Assembly (NCBI GenBank): GCA_964276515.1
Contig: OZ193909.1
Location: 11,594,001-11,658,000 of the forward strand
From: Gordius albopunctatus
Lineage: Eukaryota
Direction: 5' to 3'
Length of the DNA: 64,000 nt
The notes beneath the pieces were generated by a model that was not told the DNA's origin, searched no databases, and saw only the letters and a program-made list of their open reading frames with translations. How positions within the stretch are numbered: the first letter of the stretch is position 1; every line of letters starts with the position of its first letter. Below, one piece after another: positions 49,977 through 61,268 of this stretch. A program made the translations under genes and the position numbers.

Positions 49977-52900
49977 TTAAAAAGAGATTCTAGCAGAGCG
50001 AGCGGTGAAACAGTCAAGCATAGGTATGGGTTGCTGGGAAGGAGGAGTCGCGAGGGAACGAAAAGCCATTTCAGCCGTGAGTGGAGATGCATTTTCTGTG
50101 GTGGCACCGCTGAGAGCATCTCTCCCGTAAATGATTTTCCCCTTCTTTATCACGTACTTAATTAGGTGATCGTGGTTCCCAAATTGGTAGATAAGGTGTT
50201 CCCACCTACATAAGCACACAATTAATTGTAAGCTAGACAAAGATGGCCGGGCGCAAAATTCAACGATTGAACGCAAATACCTAATTATAGGATGCAACCG
50301 TTGAAGAGGAAAATTACTCTCCTTTAAACATCGTACGATACGTATATTTTTTTACTTTATATATATACCAGCTAGGGTAACTCCGAAAATACAATGAAAA
50401 TATTCCCCTTTTGCTGCTTACCAGACACTCATATGAGGAGACTAAAATCATAGGCGAGCTTTGTCCCATCAACTTTAGACCATGGCTATGTAATTAGTTC
50501 CCATAATCAGAAGAACGATGGTATGCGTATGCGATACAACAAATTAAGACATTATGCCAATTGAAATGAGGGTGTTAGAAGAAGAAGGTTAAAGAAAATA
50601 AAATAAAGGTAAATGATAAAATTTCATAACATTGCTACAAAATCAAAAAAGCGATAGAAATGGTTAGAGATGCTTCTTCGCATTACCTCATACAATCAAG
50701 CACCAAAACGTCCCCGTATTTCCCATTTTCCAAGGATCCATACATGTGGGACATGTGGAGGGAGGCGGCGGCATTCAAGGTGGCAGCGACTAGGGCTTCT
50801 TCCATCGACATACCCAACAGCACAACCGCCATGTGCATCGCTATGGGCTTAATTATTTAAACCATAAAAAATTAATAAAATAAAACCTATTGGGGGGGGG
50901 GAGCATACGTTTTTGTAGACTTAAATATGGCTTTACTCAAATAAATCGCGAGAAAAGTTGTAATTTAAGTATTGAAAAGACATTTGCAAATGACCGACAA
51001 TTCATCTCTGAAATAAGGTTTATGGCATATAAAATATTTTACGCCAAAATCCAATTAAAGATTTTAATTATTCATTACCAAAGTAGAGTTGATAAATAAA
51101 TGAATACAAAAACATCACAATGATATTTATTTAATATTTCCCATTACAAACTAGCCATAGATAAAATTAATTTAAGCTCATGCATTACATTCCGTATCGA
51201 GATTACCATGGATAAGCAATACATGTTGGGGTTAAAGTCAGATCCTAGGGCTAGGGGGATGTTGTGTTGTATCATCTTACGAACCGGGGGCGCTCGCAAT
51301 TTGAGGAGATATTGGGTAGTAGGGAGTAGGACGACTACCGATTCGCTATTAGCTAGGGCATCTATGCCCTCGTTGCTCACATTCTCGACATGGCTAACGC
51401 TGCACCTACCCAACTTCTCCACGAGCTACGTGGCGAAACGATGATAAAATTCAAACAGATTCTTTTTTAGGATCTATTATTGGCAGTAAATCATTATATC
51501 CCCGATAATAAATCCATAAATAATATAATACTTTACGAGAGGCGAAGCTTTCTTATAGCCAAATACTGCTGAGAGAAATAAGGATGAGGATCTGGGGTCT
51601 CTGTGATGTGAACATGGGTGCAACCAGCATGAATTAGAGAAGGGTAAGGGTAGTAATGATTCAAAGAGGGGTAAAAACATTTTTTTTGAAATTCTGTCAA
51701 TAATTTTAAAAAACTTTCAGGAATTAGAAGGGCCCGTCCCCGACTGCCCTGGCTAAGCCGATGGATGTGAACACACACCTTATGTATAAAAGTAGTCTCA
51801 GTTTGATAAAGAATTACAATTAAAAATCAAATTCTTTAATAAAAGCGAGAGCTTGTGTTCGCTTAATTAAAACTGAGGGGGATATCTGATGTATTTAACC
51901 TCGCACGCCCCGACGTGGCTCAGTTCATCGGCGTGATAATTGAGATTCCAACCAAATTCTTTGGCCCGTTGCAAAATTTTAAGCGTATTTTGGGGGTTAA
52001 AATAGCCGATGTCACAAAATACGTCAACATTATCCACCCGGATATCGTTGTTGCGACAAGCTTCCTTGATGAAAGGCAAATCTTCCGTCACTATTTTGTC
52101 GGCGAAATTATCTGCTGTAAATCCTCTAAGAAATAGAAAGGCAGTTTACAGGTAGAAAATGCTGCATTTAAAAGGATCTTATTATCTGCGAAGTTTCGGG
52201 ATTTAATCATTTGCTAAGAATTTACTATACTTGCTAAGTTTTTTATTCATTGATATATGATTAAATTAGTTCTCAGCTTGTGATTAGATGCAAAGTTTTT
52301 AAAAAATTTGCAACGTTTTTTAATTTTGCGAAAATATTGCCTATTTTATTATCATTTTATGAGTAATTTTAAAAACCCTATAATTTAAAATTAGGGTTTA
52401 TTAATTATAGTGATGATTGTTAAATATAAATTTTTATCAACATCTTATATAAAAACAAATGGCAAAAATAAATGACATATAAAAAATTGGCCCTAAAAGA
52501 AAGTGCGGGATATTTCACTATGTACGAATTGAAATAATGAACTAAATACATTAATTTAAAGCCAGATTTATTTCATAAAATTAAAATCTGTATGGAAAAA
52601 ATAAAAATTGACAAATTAAATTTTTTATTCTATTTAAATGAAAAAGGTTAATATTTTTAATCTATAAAAATAAGCATTTCTTAAAAACTTTTCACAAAAA
52701 CTTACCATTTTTACTAAAAAAACCTAGCCTAAAATACTTTTTATTTGTTCATTTAACTTAGTATCAATAATCCGTCAAATGAATACTAAACTAACACGTT
52801 TTTTCAATAGGTATTTACAATGGTGGCGTATAATCTAATTTAAAATCTGTCAACAAAAGTTAAACTTAAAAATAATCTCAGCCTTATCATTGCCCCTAAA

Positions 52901-55900
52901 TACTATTCTTATCAGAGGTCAGATTTGTTTGGAATTTTCTGCCCGAACCCGGCACGATTAAATTTTTTAACATCATTACCCGCCCGAACCCATCTAAGTG
53001 TCCGCCCGGGCCCACCCGAATCGTTAAAGCTGCCCGAATTGCCCGGCCTGAAATATTAAATTTGGCCGTTAGTCCCGAATTTATGAGATCAGAGATCACA
53101 AACAGAGGCCTGAACCCTTCTAAGTGTCCGCTTGGCCATGTCCGAACCATTAGAGCTGCCCGGCCTGATTAATAAAATTTTAAATCTAATTAAGAGTTAA
53201 GATCAAGCACGATATTTTATATAATAAAAAGATTTAAAAATATAAAGCTAAAAAACCAATGGACAGGTACAGCATTTGCATAAACTTTGAACGGACAAAT
53301 CAAATCTCCTAAATTAATGCAAAAAAAATTGCCCAGAGTTTTTTTAAATATTATATCATCGCTGGCAAAACCAATCATACGTCACACAATTTAAATTGAT
53401 AAATAAAAAATTATTTAAATTAGTATTACTTACTTTTAGAATAAAATTTTTTATTTGAAGCAAAAAAAGAATGGTTACGAATTAGTTATGTATTATAAAA
53501 ATAAGTAGGAATCAAAAAGGCTGAAGGAAATTTTATTTGTTAAAAAATAAATGAATTATAAGTAAGCACTTACTTATATGCGCATCAGAGGTCAGATTTG
53601 TTACAATCTTTCTGTCCGAACCCGGCTTGGCCCGATTTTATAATTAATCTGCCCGCCCGAGCCCGCCCGAAATGGTGTGTTTTAAAATTTTTAGCACTTT
53701 ATATTTTTAAAAATTTTATCTTAATTTTTGATTTTTTTAAATGAGAACTGGATTAAGAAACATTATGAAATAAATTTAAAAAGTGGCAAAATATGCACAA
53801 AAACAATAGAATACATTATTTTAAAAACAAAATTGAGCCCGAATCTTGTTATGGTGCCCGCCCGAAAGTTAAAATTTACGCGGGCAAATCTGGTCTCTGT
53901 CTTATAACTGACTTGTTTTTAAATTTTTCGAATGTGTAGAAAAATCTAAATTAAAGAGATATAAAAAAGTGTTAATACATCAAATCATTCAACTTTCATA
54001 CGAATTACACTCAAGTTCCCATTATAGATCTGCAACGGGCCTTTTATAGGTCGACCCGTCCCCAATTTTTTTCCAGAACTTCAGGCCCGTCCGTAAATTT
54101 TTCAGGCCCGTTCGTACCCGTTTAGAAAAAAAAATCCGGCCCGCCAAAACCCGTTTACTTTTGTTTAAAGACATCCGCGTCGGAGCCCATCAAAAATTTC
54201 ATTTTATTTTTGACATATTCATAAAAAAAACATCAATAATTATCATGTAAAATAATAAAGCATCCATTATTTATGAAGTTAATACACCTAAAAAATTTTA
54301 ATGTAGTACTACCATTAAATTACTTAAAAAATTATAAGAGAATATTCCACTTTCAACAATTTACTTTTATTTGATTAATTTAAGTTTATACACCTAAGAA
54401 GTTAGAATATTACCATTAAAATAAAATAATCTAATAAAATTAAATGAGAATATTCAACTTTCAATAAGTAGTTTACATTGATTTGATTAATTTATATCAG
54501 TTAATACACCTAAGTTTTAGATCAGAACAAAAATATTTATTAAATTATATGGCCCTAATAATTATATTTTGATAAAATTAAAAACAAAAATTTTAATTTT
54601 GTTGCATTGTAACAAAGTAGTTGAACTTAATTATTAAAGAATATACGAAGCTATAAAATTTAAATTATGTAAAGAAAAATCTATGGCAAATAGAAAAAAA
54701 ATGTTTTAGAGCTTGAAAAAGTAATGAATGCTACAGGATATACAAAAATTAGAGGTTAAAAAAATAGAGCAATTAATAATCATATTAATAAAAATCATAT
54801 ATTTATATAATTTTCTGAATTTAAACGTTGTAATCCATGACCGTTTATATAATCTCTGGCCCGTTCAAGCCCGTTAAAAATATCTCAGGCCCGCCCGAGC
54901 CCGTTTCATTAATTGTTAAGCCCATCCGGGCCTGCCTCGTTGAAATTTTTATGATAAAAAGTCCGTCCGTACCCGCGTACCGGGCATGCCCGTGCAGATC
55001 TCTAGTTCCCATAGCTTATCCTTGAAGCTTTCCAATGTTATTTAGGTAAAGTAATAATTTTGTGATTTTAAATTTGTGCAACCTTGAATTTTTTTAATTT
55101 CAGCAAATTAAAATAAACTCCACATTATATAAGACAATTTTGCTGCAAAGAAGTCTCACCAAATTAAAGTTGCAATTCGAAAAATGTTTCATAATTTATT
55201 TTGATATATTGTTGAAATAAAGATTATAAATACGATTTCGGTTCGGGTTTTGTAAAGAGGGCCCGATTTACGACGTGTGATAATCTTGAATCAAATAAGG
55301 ATAACTCTAATTTACATGCCATTTAGGACATATTTCCAAGGCTAAACGCCAAAGGTTGTCCAAAAAAATTGATCCAAAAGGTAATATGTCCTAGATGGCA
55401 TGTAAACTAGGGTTCATAATTTATAATTAAAAGTTATATATGGCTCTGCTGGTGGTGTAAAAGGCGAGAAAAAATCTAAATACTTATGTTTAAAAACCAC
55501 TTATATACTATAATAAAAGTATAAATCCCATTTAAGATGTAACTGAGATAAAAACAGTAATTAACGAGACTTAGTCCATATGAACCTCGGCTATTTAAAA
55601 TAGCTAACCTCTCAACGCCTACCGTTAATAAGCATTCCTATCAAACCATGTTATGATTAATAGGTTCAAACTGATTTTAAAAAACAACGAGTTCCTTTAA
55701 ACCCGTTCGATAATATTTTGTGGGAAAAACACATTTTTCACCTTATTTTACGCTGAAATAGCATTGGAGTAAAAATACTTTGGCACGGCGTGGGCTCCGA
55801 GATAAGTTATGGAGAGAGCGAGGGGGACGCTATCGCTAACTTGCTTCAAAAGTTGCAGGAGACGCATCTCATTTTCAAGGATCAACCCGTACCCGCTGCA

Positions 55901-58900
55901 AAATATACAAAAAGAGATCGCAAACTATTATATTTATTACTTCATATATCATAGGGTAACTAAATTTTTTAATTAAATTTGCTCGATATAAATTAAAATT
56001 AAATTTTATTTGAGCTTGTGAGGTATAAAATTGTTTAAATTTCTTTAATAAGAAAAGTGATGAAGGGTTTATGCGATTTTCAAAAAATTTTGGGAAAAAA
56101 CTGCTTATATATTAGCGCGATCAAAAACAACATTTTTAAACAGCATATTCCTAGACCTCGATTATGGCTATAATACTTATATAGCATTTAGAAATCTATA
56201 TATATAAAGTAAAGTCTATGTGGCCAGTTTAATTTATAGCAGCATATACAATGATGACGTCATATATACAAGGCTGAAGTTTTTCGAATTAGATATTTAA
56301 AAGTATAATAAAAATGTTACAGTATACGGTCAAAATTATTTGGGTTTAATCAACTATTTAAATTAAATAAATAAAATTTAAATTAATAGCTTTTGCAGAA
56401 TCCGAAAATTCCTTTTTGTTTTAAAAAAGGGATAAATTCTGAAACTACCGGCCCAATTCGCTCCCAACTTTACCCGTAGGTTCCCAGGGCGGCCAGGGGT
56501 AAATAGCTCTTTCAGATTCCTAAAATATCTTTTCGTTTTAAAAATATCGGACATTTCCCGGCCAGTTTAATTTAGAGCAGCATATACAATAATGACGTCA
56601 TACATACAAGGCTGAAGTTTTCTCGAATTAGATATTTAAAAGTATAATAAAAATGTTACAGTATACGTTGAAAATTATTTTAAATTAAATAAATAAAATT
56701 TAAATTATGCAATTTTTGCCATTATTATCACGTGGTCGATCATAGAAGCATATTTTTAATAATTATCCATCCTTCAATTAATTATTTTATTATATTAAAG
56801 AAAATTGTATTTCAAATAAATCAGCTAACTAGAAAAATAAAATAATGGTATTATTGTATAATAAGTAACAGCATTGATCAGCAATTTTTTCAAAAACATT
56901 TAATTTTAGTCGGATTTGATGACTAAAACAGAATTCGCATTTGGTTTGTCTTATTATATATATACTAAAAATAGTGGGTTCATAAAATGCATGACGTGAT
57001 AAAATTCGTGCTCTAAATAAATATTATGGATATTTATTTATTTGAATTATTATTAATTCATATATGACCCATTTTAGATAAGTAGTCTTATTAATAGGTT
57101 ATACTTTATTTAACCGCTTAAGGACTGAGCCAAAGCAACGCTTGGCCGGGCACAGCTAGTTTATCATAAAATATAATTATTATTTATACAATATCGCTTT
57201 TATATATAAAAGGTATTCAAAAATACTAAATTAAGGTCATATATTAGGATAAAAGTCAGGTGTTGCCTAAACAACAAAAATATCGCCTCTACTTAAATAT
57301 CCTGCGCTCCTAAGGCTGAACCCTAAATCGGTCTAAAATTTTAACCATGACCAATTTCTTATAAATATAATAACACTTTATCGATAGGTTATAGTTTTGA
57401 ATAATAAGATAAAGACACTTTATCAATGTGGAATTGGCTTGATCAATGGTCTATATTTAATAAAAGGATCCCAATCAAAAATCATGCATTTGAGTAATTT
57501 ATCGATAATTTTGCAAAATGGATGCAAGTAAGGCTTATGCATGGGTTTCACAATTTCTATAACACTTCCCAAATCAGCCGAAAAATGTATGTAATATAAT
57601 GGATCAAGTTCAATCTTGTTGGGGTTTGAAACGCTTCACAGTCCATATAGGCAATCAATGCGGGAATCTTAATTAAGGCAGCGAGTTTCAGTTAATGTTG
57701 TAAAAACGGGTGGGGGTTTTGCTTGATCGAAGACCTTTGGTTTTGGTGCACTAAACATTAACGAACCAAACATTTTGGTCTCCTCTTCTTATCCACATAA
57801 ATAGGCCAAATGTTTTTTGGACACAAATAATAATTAATACTTATCGTCGTAACTAATAATTTTACGAAGCGATTTGCACATTTCCTTCATGCATGCTCCA
57901 TTTTTAAACATAGCGTGCTACCGTAATTTACGTGAAATTTCGCCTAAAAAGTTGGCATCGTCAAAGCCGGGCATGGATCGGCTTGAAAGAGCGTTATGGT
58001 AATAAAAGGGGGTCGGGATGGGCCTAGCTATGAGTGGGGCGGCCTCCGGATATTGATATACAATACTTTCATGCTTTGCCACTCAACTAAAGCTAATGAT
58101 GTGCATTAGATACACTTGGAAGGGCTCCTTTTTTATCCTTGTAAAATTAGACAAACACAACTGACACTTGGGGGCAGGGAGGGGCGTCTACCCCCCTGTA
58201 AATCCAAATATTTGTTGAAATTTCATAAAATTATGGCTAAAATTATAGAATGTGATCATTTTGCCCCTCCCTAAATCATTATTGCCCCCAACTGAGGCTA
58301 TGCCCATCAACACCTTTTATGTACAATGTATTAAAACATAAATTGTAATGGAAAGCAGGTATTGCAAAAATAGAAATGCAGTGAGCTCTCAAGCAAAATA
58401 TTATTTAAAAAATATATAAAGTACTTTATCAATTCAAATGCAACAGTCCATTTCAAAATTTTGTACTTTTATAAATTTAAACTAGGCACTAATTTGCAAA
58501 ATGTTTAAAATTAATTTTATCCAATAATTAAAATGCTAGATATAAAAGACTTGGGCTATATTTTAAATTATTATTCTCATTTTTAACACTGTAAATTAAA
58601 TTTCAATATTTTTTAAATTTAAAGAATACCTTTTACACTCAACAACTGTAGTGCCTGATTTCATCATGTGAAAAAGTCTATCTTTCAGCAATGTCATTAA
58701 TTCATTATCTGTGGTTATGGTAGTTTCATTAACAGTTTTCTCTATGCCTCCTCCTGCCTCCATAATTTCATTGTAAGTAGCTCCTCTTTGCTATTATTAA
58801 GGTAATAATGAAAAACAACAAATTATATAGGTCCATATATTTTTATTATATTTTTTAAATTGTCTAAAATGCTAGAAATAATATATCAATATAAAAAAAT

Positions 58901-59632
58901 TAAAGTTCAATCATTATTATATTTTATAGTCAAAAAGTAAATTTATCAATAAAAAAAATTAAAGTCCAATTATTATTTAATTTTATAGGTCAAAAGGTAA
59001 TTTATTATAAAAATATATTAAAATTTTTGATTTATTGGTTAAAATTGATATAATTTTTGGAAATTGATTTGATTTTACAATGAAATATACACATATTAAA
59101 ATGATATATTTTTGAATTTATATAAGTCTGATGCAAAAATATTCGCATTCTTACTTTCATGGCAAATTCATCAACCCTATCACAAGACCATATAGGATGG
59201 GTGTGGGCATCAATTAAACCTATTGTAAAAATTTATTATTATATTGTGCCACAAAATTATATAATATAGAAATTCATAACATACCCGGAACTAAAACCAT
59301 TCCTCGTGCATTTATGCAATCATCAAAAATAGCAAATCTAAATTTGGATGCAATCTCATCATCATAGTCAACTGCCTCGATAATTCCTTGCCTAATACAA
59401 TCAGAATTAGTTGTATTTAACGGTTTTTGGATAATCCTCTAAGTTATAAAAATTATTACATATTAATGACTATGGATATTCCAATTTTATCGCCATTTGC
59501 ATCTATTTTTTCATTTATGACAATGATGTTAGATTGGCCATTTCCTTTTAAACATGTCTCCCCTTTTTCACAGATTTTGACTACCTGTTTGGCCGAATGA
59601 ATAAGTATATTATGAGTGGTAGGACGCGACAT
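49977..59632 (-). CDS. AMDHD1: Imidazolonepropionase (amidohydrolase domain-containing protein 1, HutI)
   Basis: Exons 59632-59460, 59391-59285, 59219-59155 (GLIDAHTHPIWSCDRVDEFAMK), 58790-58630 (GATYNEIMEAGGGI...GTTVVECKS), 55895-55779 (GYGL...TYLGAHAVPK), 52125-51900 (DVFCDIGYF...YHADEL), 51425-51207 (SVSHVE...LLPTT...ALGSDFNPN), 50847-50687 (AATLNAA...GSLENGKYGD) and 50205-49977 (RWEHLIYQFG...). All are GT-AG and in phase. Metal-binding HxH, H and D residues are intact. Confidence 0.95.
52913..53899. mobile_element. Family A MITE copies/fragments (52913-53170; 53586-53899)
   Basis: CAGAGGTCAGATTTG starts at 52913 and 53586. The segment 53586-53899 is highly similar to 3039-3407 and ends CAAATCTGGTCTCTG. 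No TSD recognised. Confidence 0.75.
54023..55004. mobile_element. hAT-type MITE, family B (TAGAGATCTGCA TIR)
   Basis: Ends TATAGATCTGCAACGGGC ... GCCCGTGCAGATCTCTA with an exact TSD GTTCCCAT (54015-54022 / 55005-55012) and GCCCGT subterminal repeats. Confidence 0.88.
55303..55414. repeat. Small inverted repeat (32-bp arms, 48-nt spacer)
   Basis: AACTCTAATTTACATGCCATTTAGGACATATT / AATATGTCCTAGATGGCATGTAAACTAGGGTT, with 3 mismatches. Confidence 0.85.
56195..57159 (+). mobile_element. Non-autonomous Helitron
   Basis: 5' TCTATATATATAAA; 3' hairpin GCCAAAGCAACGCTTGGC followed by CGGGCACAGCTAG; inserted between A and T with no TSD. An internal ~105-bp direct repeat lies at ~56223 and ~56559. Confidence 0.82.
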
Positions 59633-61094
59633 AATTTTAAAATCACATGTTTATAACATACATACGGCACCAGGTCAAAGTAGCAGAAAAATAGCAGTCA
59701 AATTGGTCAGATATCGTCAGAATTCATCAAGATTGGTCAGGACTTAACATAGAATTTAAGTTTTAACCTATAATTATGTAGTGCTTTACTTTTATTTATA
59801 ATTTATATTATATTAATGAATTTATTAAGAGAAATACTTTGCAGGTGTGTAGAGGATTTCTACTTTATTAATAAATAAACCCAAAGATAATCTGGTATCG
59901 TTAAACATTAGTTTATATAGCATTGTATCGAGGTTAATATGAATAAAATTAATAAATCGTCGAGGATATTCAAATTAGAATGAGTGTGAATAGAGTAAGA
60001 AGAAATGTGAATAGAGTGATATCCGAATCATACAGATACCAGTATTCTAATTAGGTAATACCATAGGTGTGACTAGATTGATTTTGAATACTAATACTTC
60101 AATAAATATATATAAATGATATTATATTTACAAATTTGGAAATAAATTTGAATTTTTGCCATTACACTCTACTCATTTAATTTTTTTTATTAATATTTAC
60201 TAAATTATTATTTTATAAATATTTGAGTTAGTTTCTTTCCGTATCTTTTTGAGATAATCAATAAATGGATAAATATTAGGTTAGGGTTAGGGTGAGGAAT
60301 ACATCAGAAATTCCCTCCCCATTTGAGATTTAATTCTAATAAATTGATTATCTAAAAAATATTTTTCTACTACTTTTTCATCATTCTGCTACTTTGACGG
60401 ATATTCATACATACATAGGACCGCCCCGACTAACAGTCGTTTTCCCTTAACGTTTACACCGGTTAAGACAACTCAAAATCTACATCCTTAGAAATTTTTA
60501 TGAGGGCCTATTGGACTGGAAGTCACAATAGTTCAGGTATAGAGGTGCTGCAAATGAAACAAAAATTAACATACTATCTACGGAAATTACTGGAGATAAG
60601 CGATAGTTTGTCTCGTTCGATTGCACACTGGTACATGTTTGAATATTGTCAGACTGCGGAAAGAGGGCTTGGTGGTTTATGGATGGTAATCAATTTTTTT
60701 GGCGTGTTGGCAGGAATTTTTAGGCTAGGTGATTGATGACAAACTTTTTCCAAGATAACAATTTTGGTTACGATACTTAATATGATTACATCACATGGGT
60801 CCTATTGGCTTATTTATAATTTGCTCACCGTTATTAATAAAGTGGGGGTCAAAGTTTCAAACGATAGATTGGATAAGAAATAAAGCATTAAGAAAAATAG
60901 GGCGCCCTCCTCAAACGACCAGCATAAGATATATGTAAAAAGGTTATACCGGGTGAAGCTATTCTTGTTGTGATGAACTTAGTCATGTCCAAGGCAAAAA
61001 TACAAAAGCCGATGATAAATGAGAAAACAAATGGGTGTGGCTACCAATATTGAAATAGGTCCACAAAGATCAAGTAATTAAAGATTTGCATATA

Positions 61095-61268
61095 GACAGT
61101 CATCAAATGCAAACAATGTGGAATAATATAGTCATCGGAATACGATCGCTTGCAAAATGTGTTGTACGGGAAAGCAAACCGGGCATACAAGGAGATAACG
61201 AAACGTCGTGGTTGAACGAAGATGTCCAACATCTAATCAAGTTAAAAAGAAAGCATAACAAAATATGG
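61095..61268 (+). mobile_element. Older RTE linker-region fragment abutting the main RTE
   Basis: MWNNIVIGIRSLAKCVVRESKPG...ETSWLNEDVQHLIKLKRKHNKIW resembles the RTE EN-RT linker, and the same motif recurs in the main copy as ELWWWDQSIK. Confidence 0.6.

Noticed and set aside
60276..60297. Interstitial telomeric repeat TTAGG(G)
   Set aside because: Only 3-4 imperfect units, too short to interpret.
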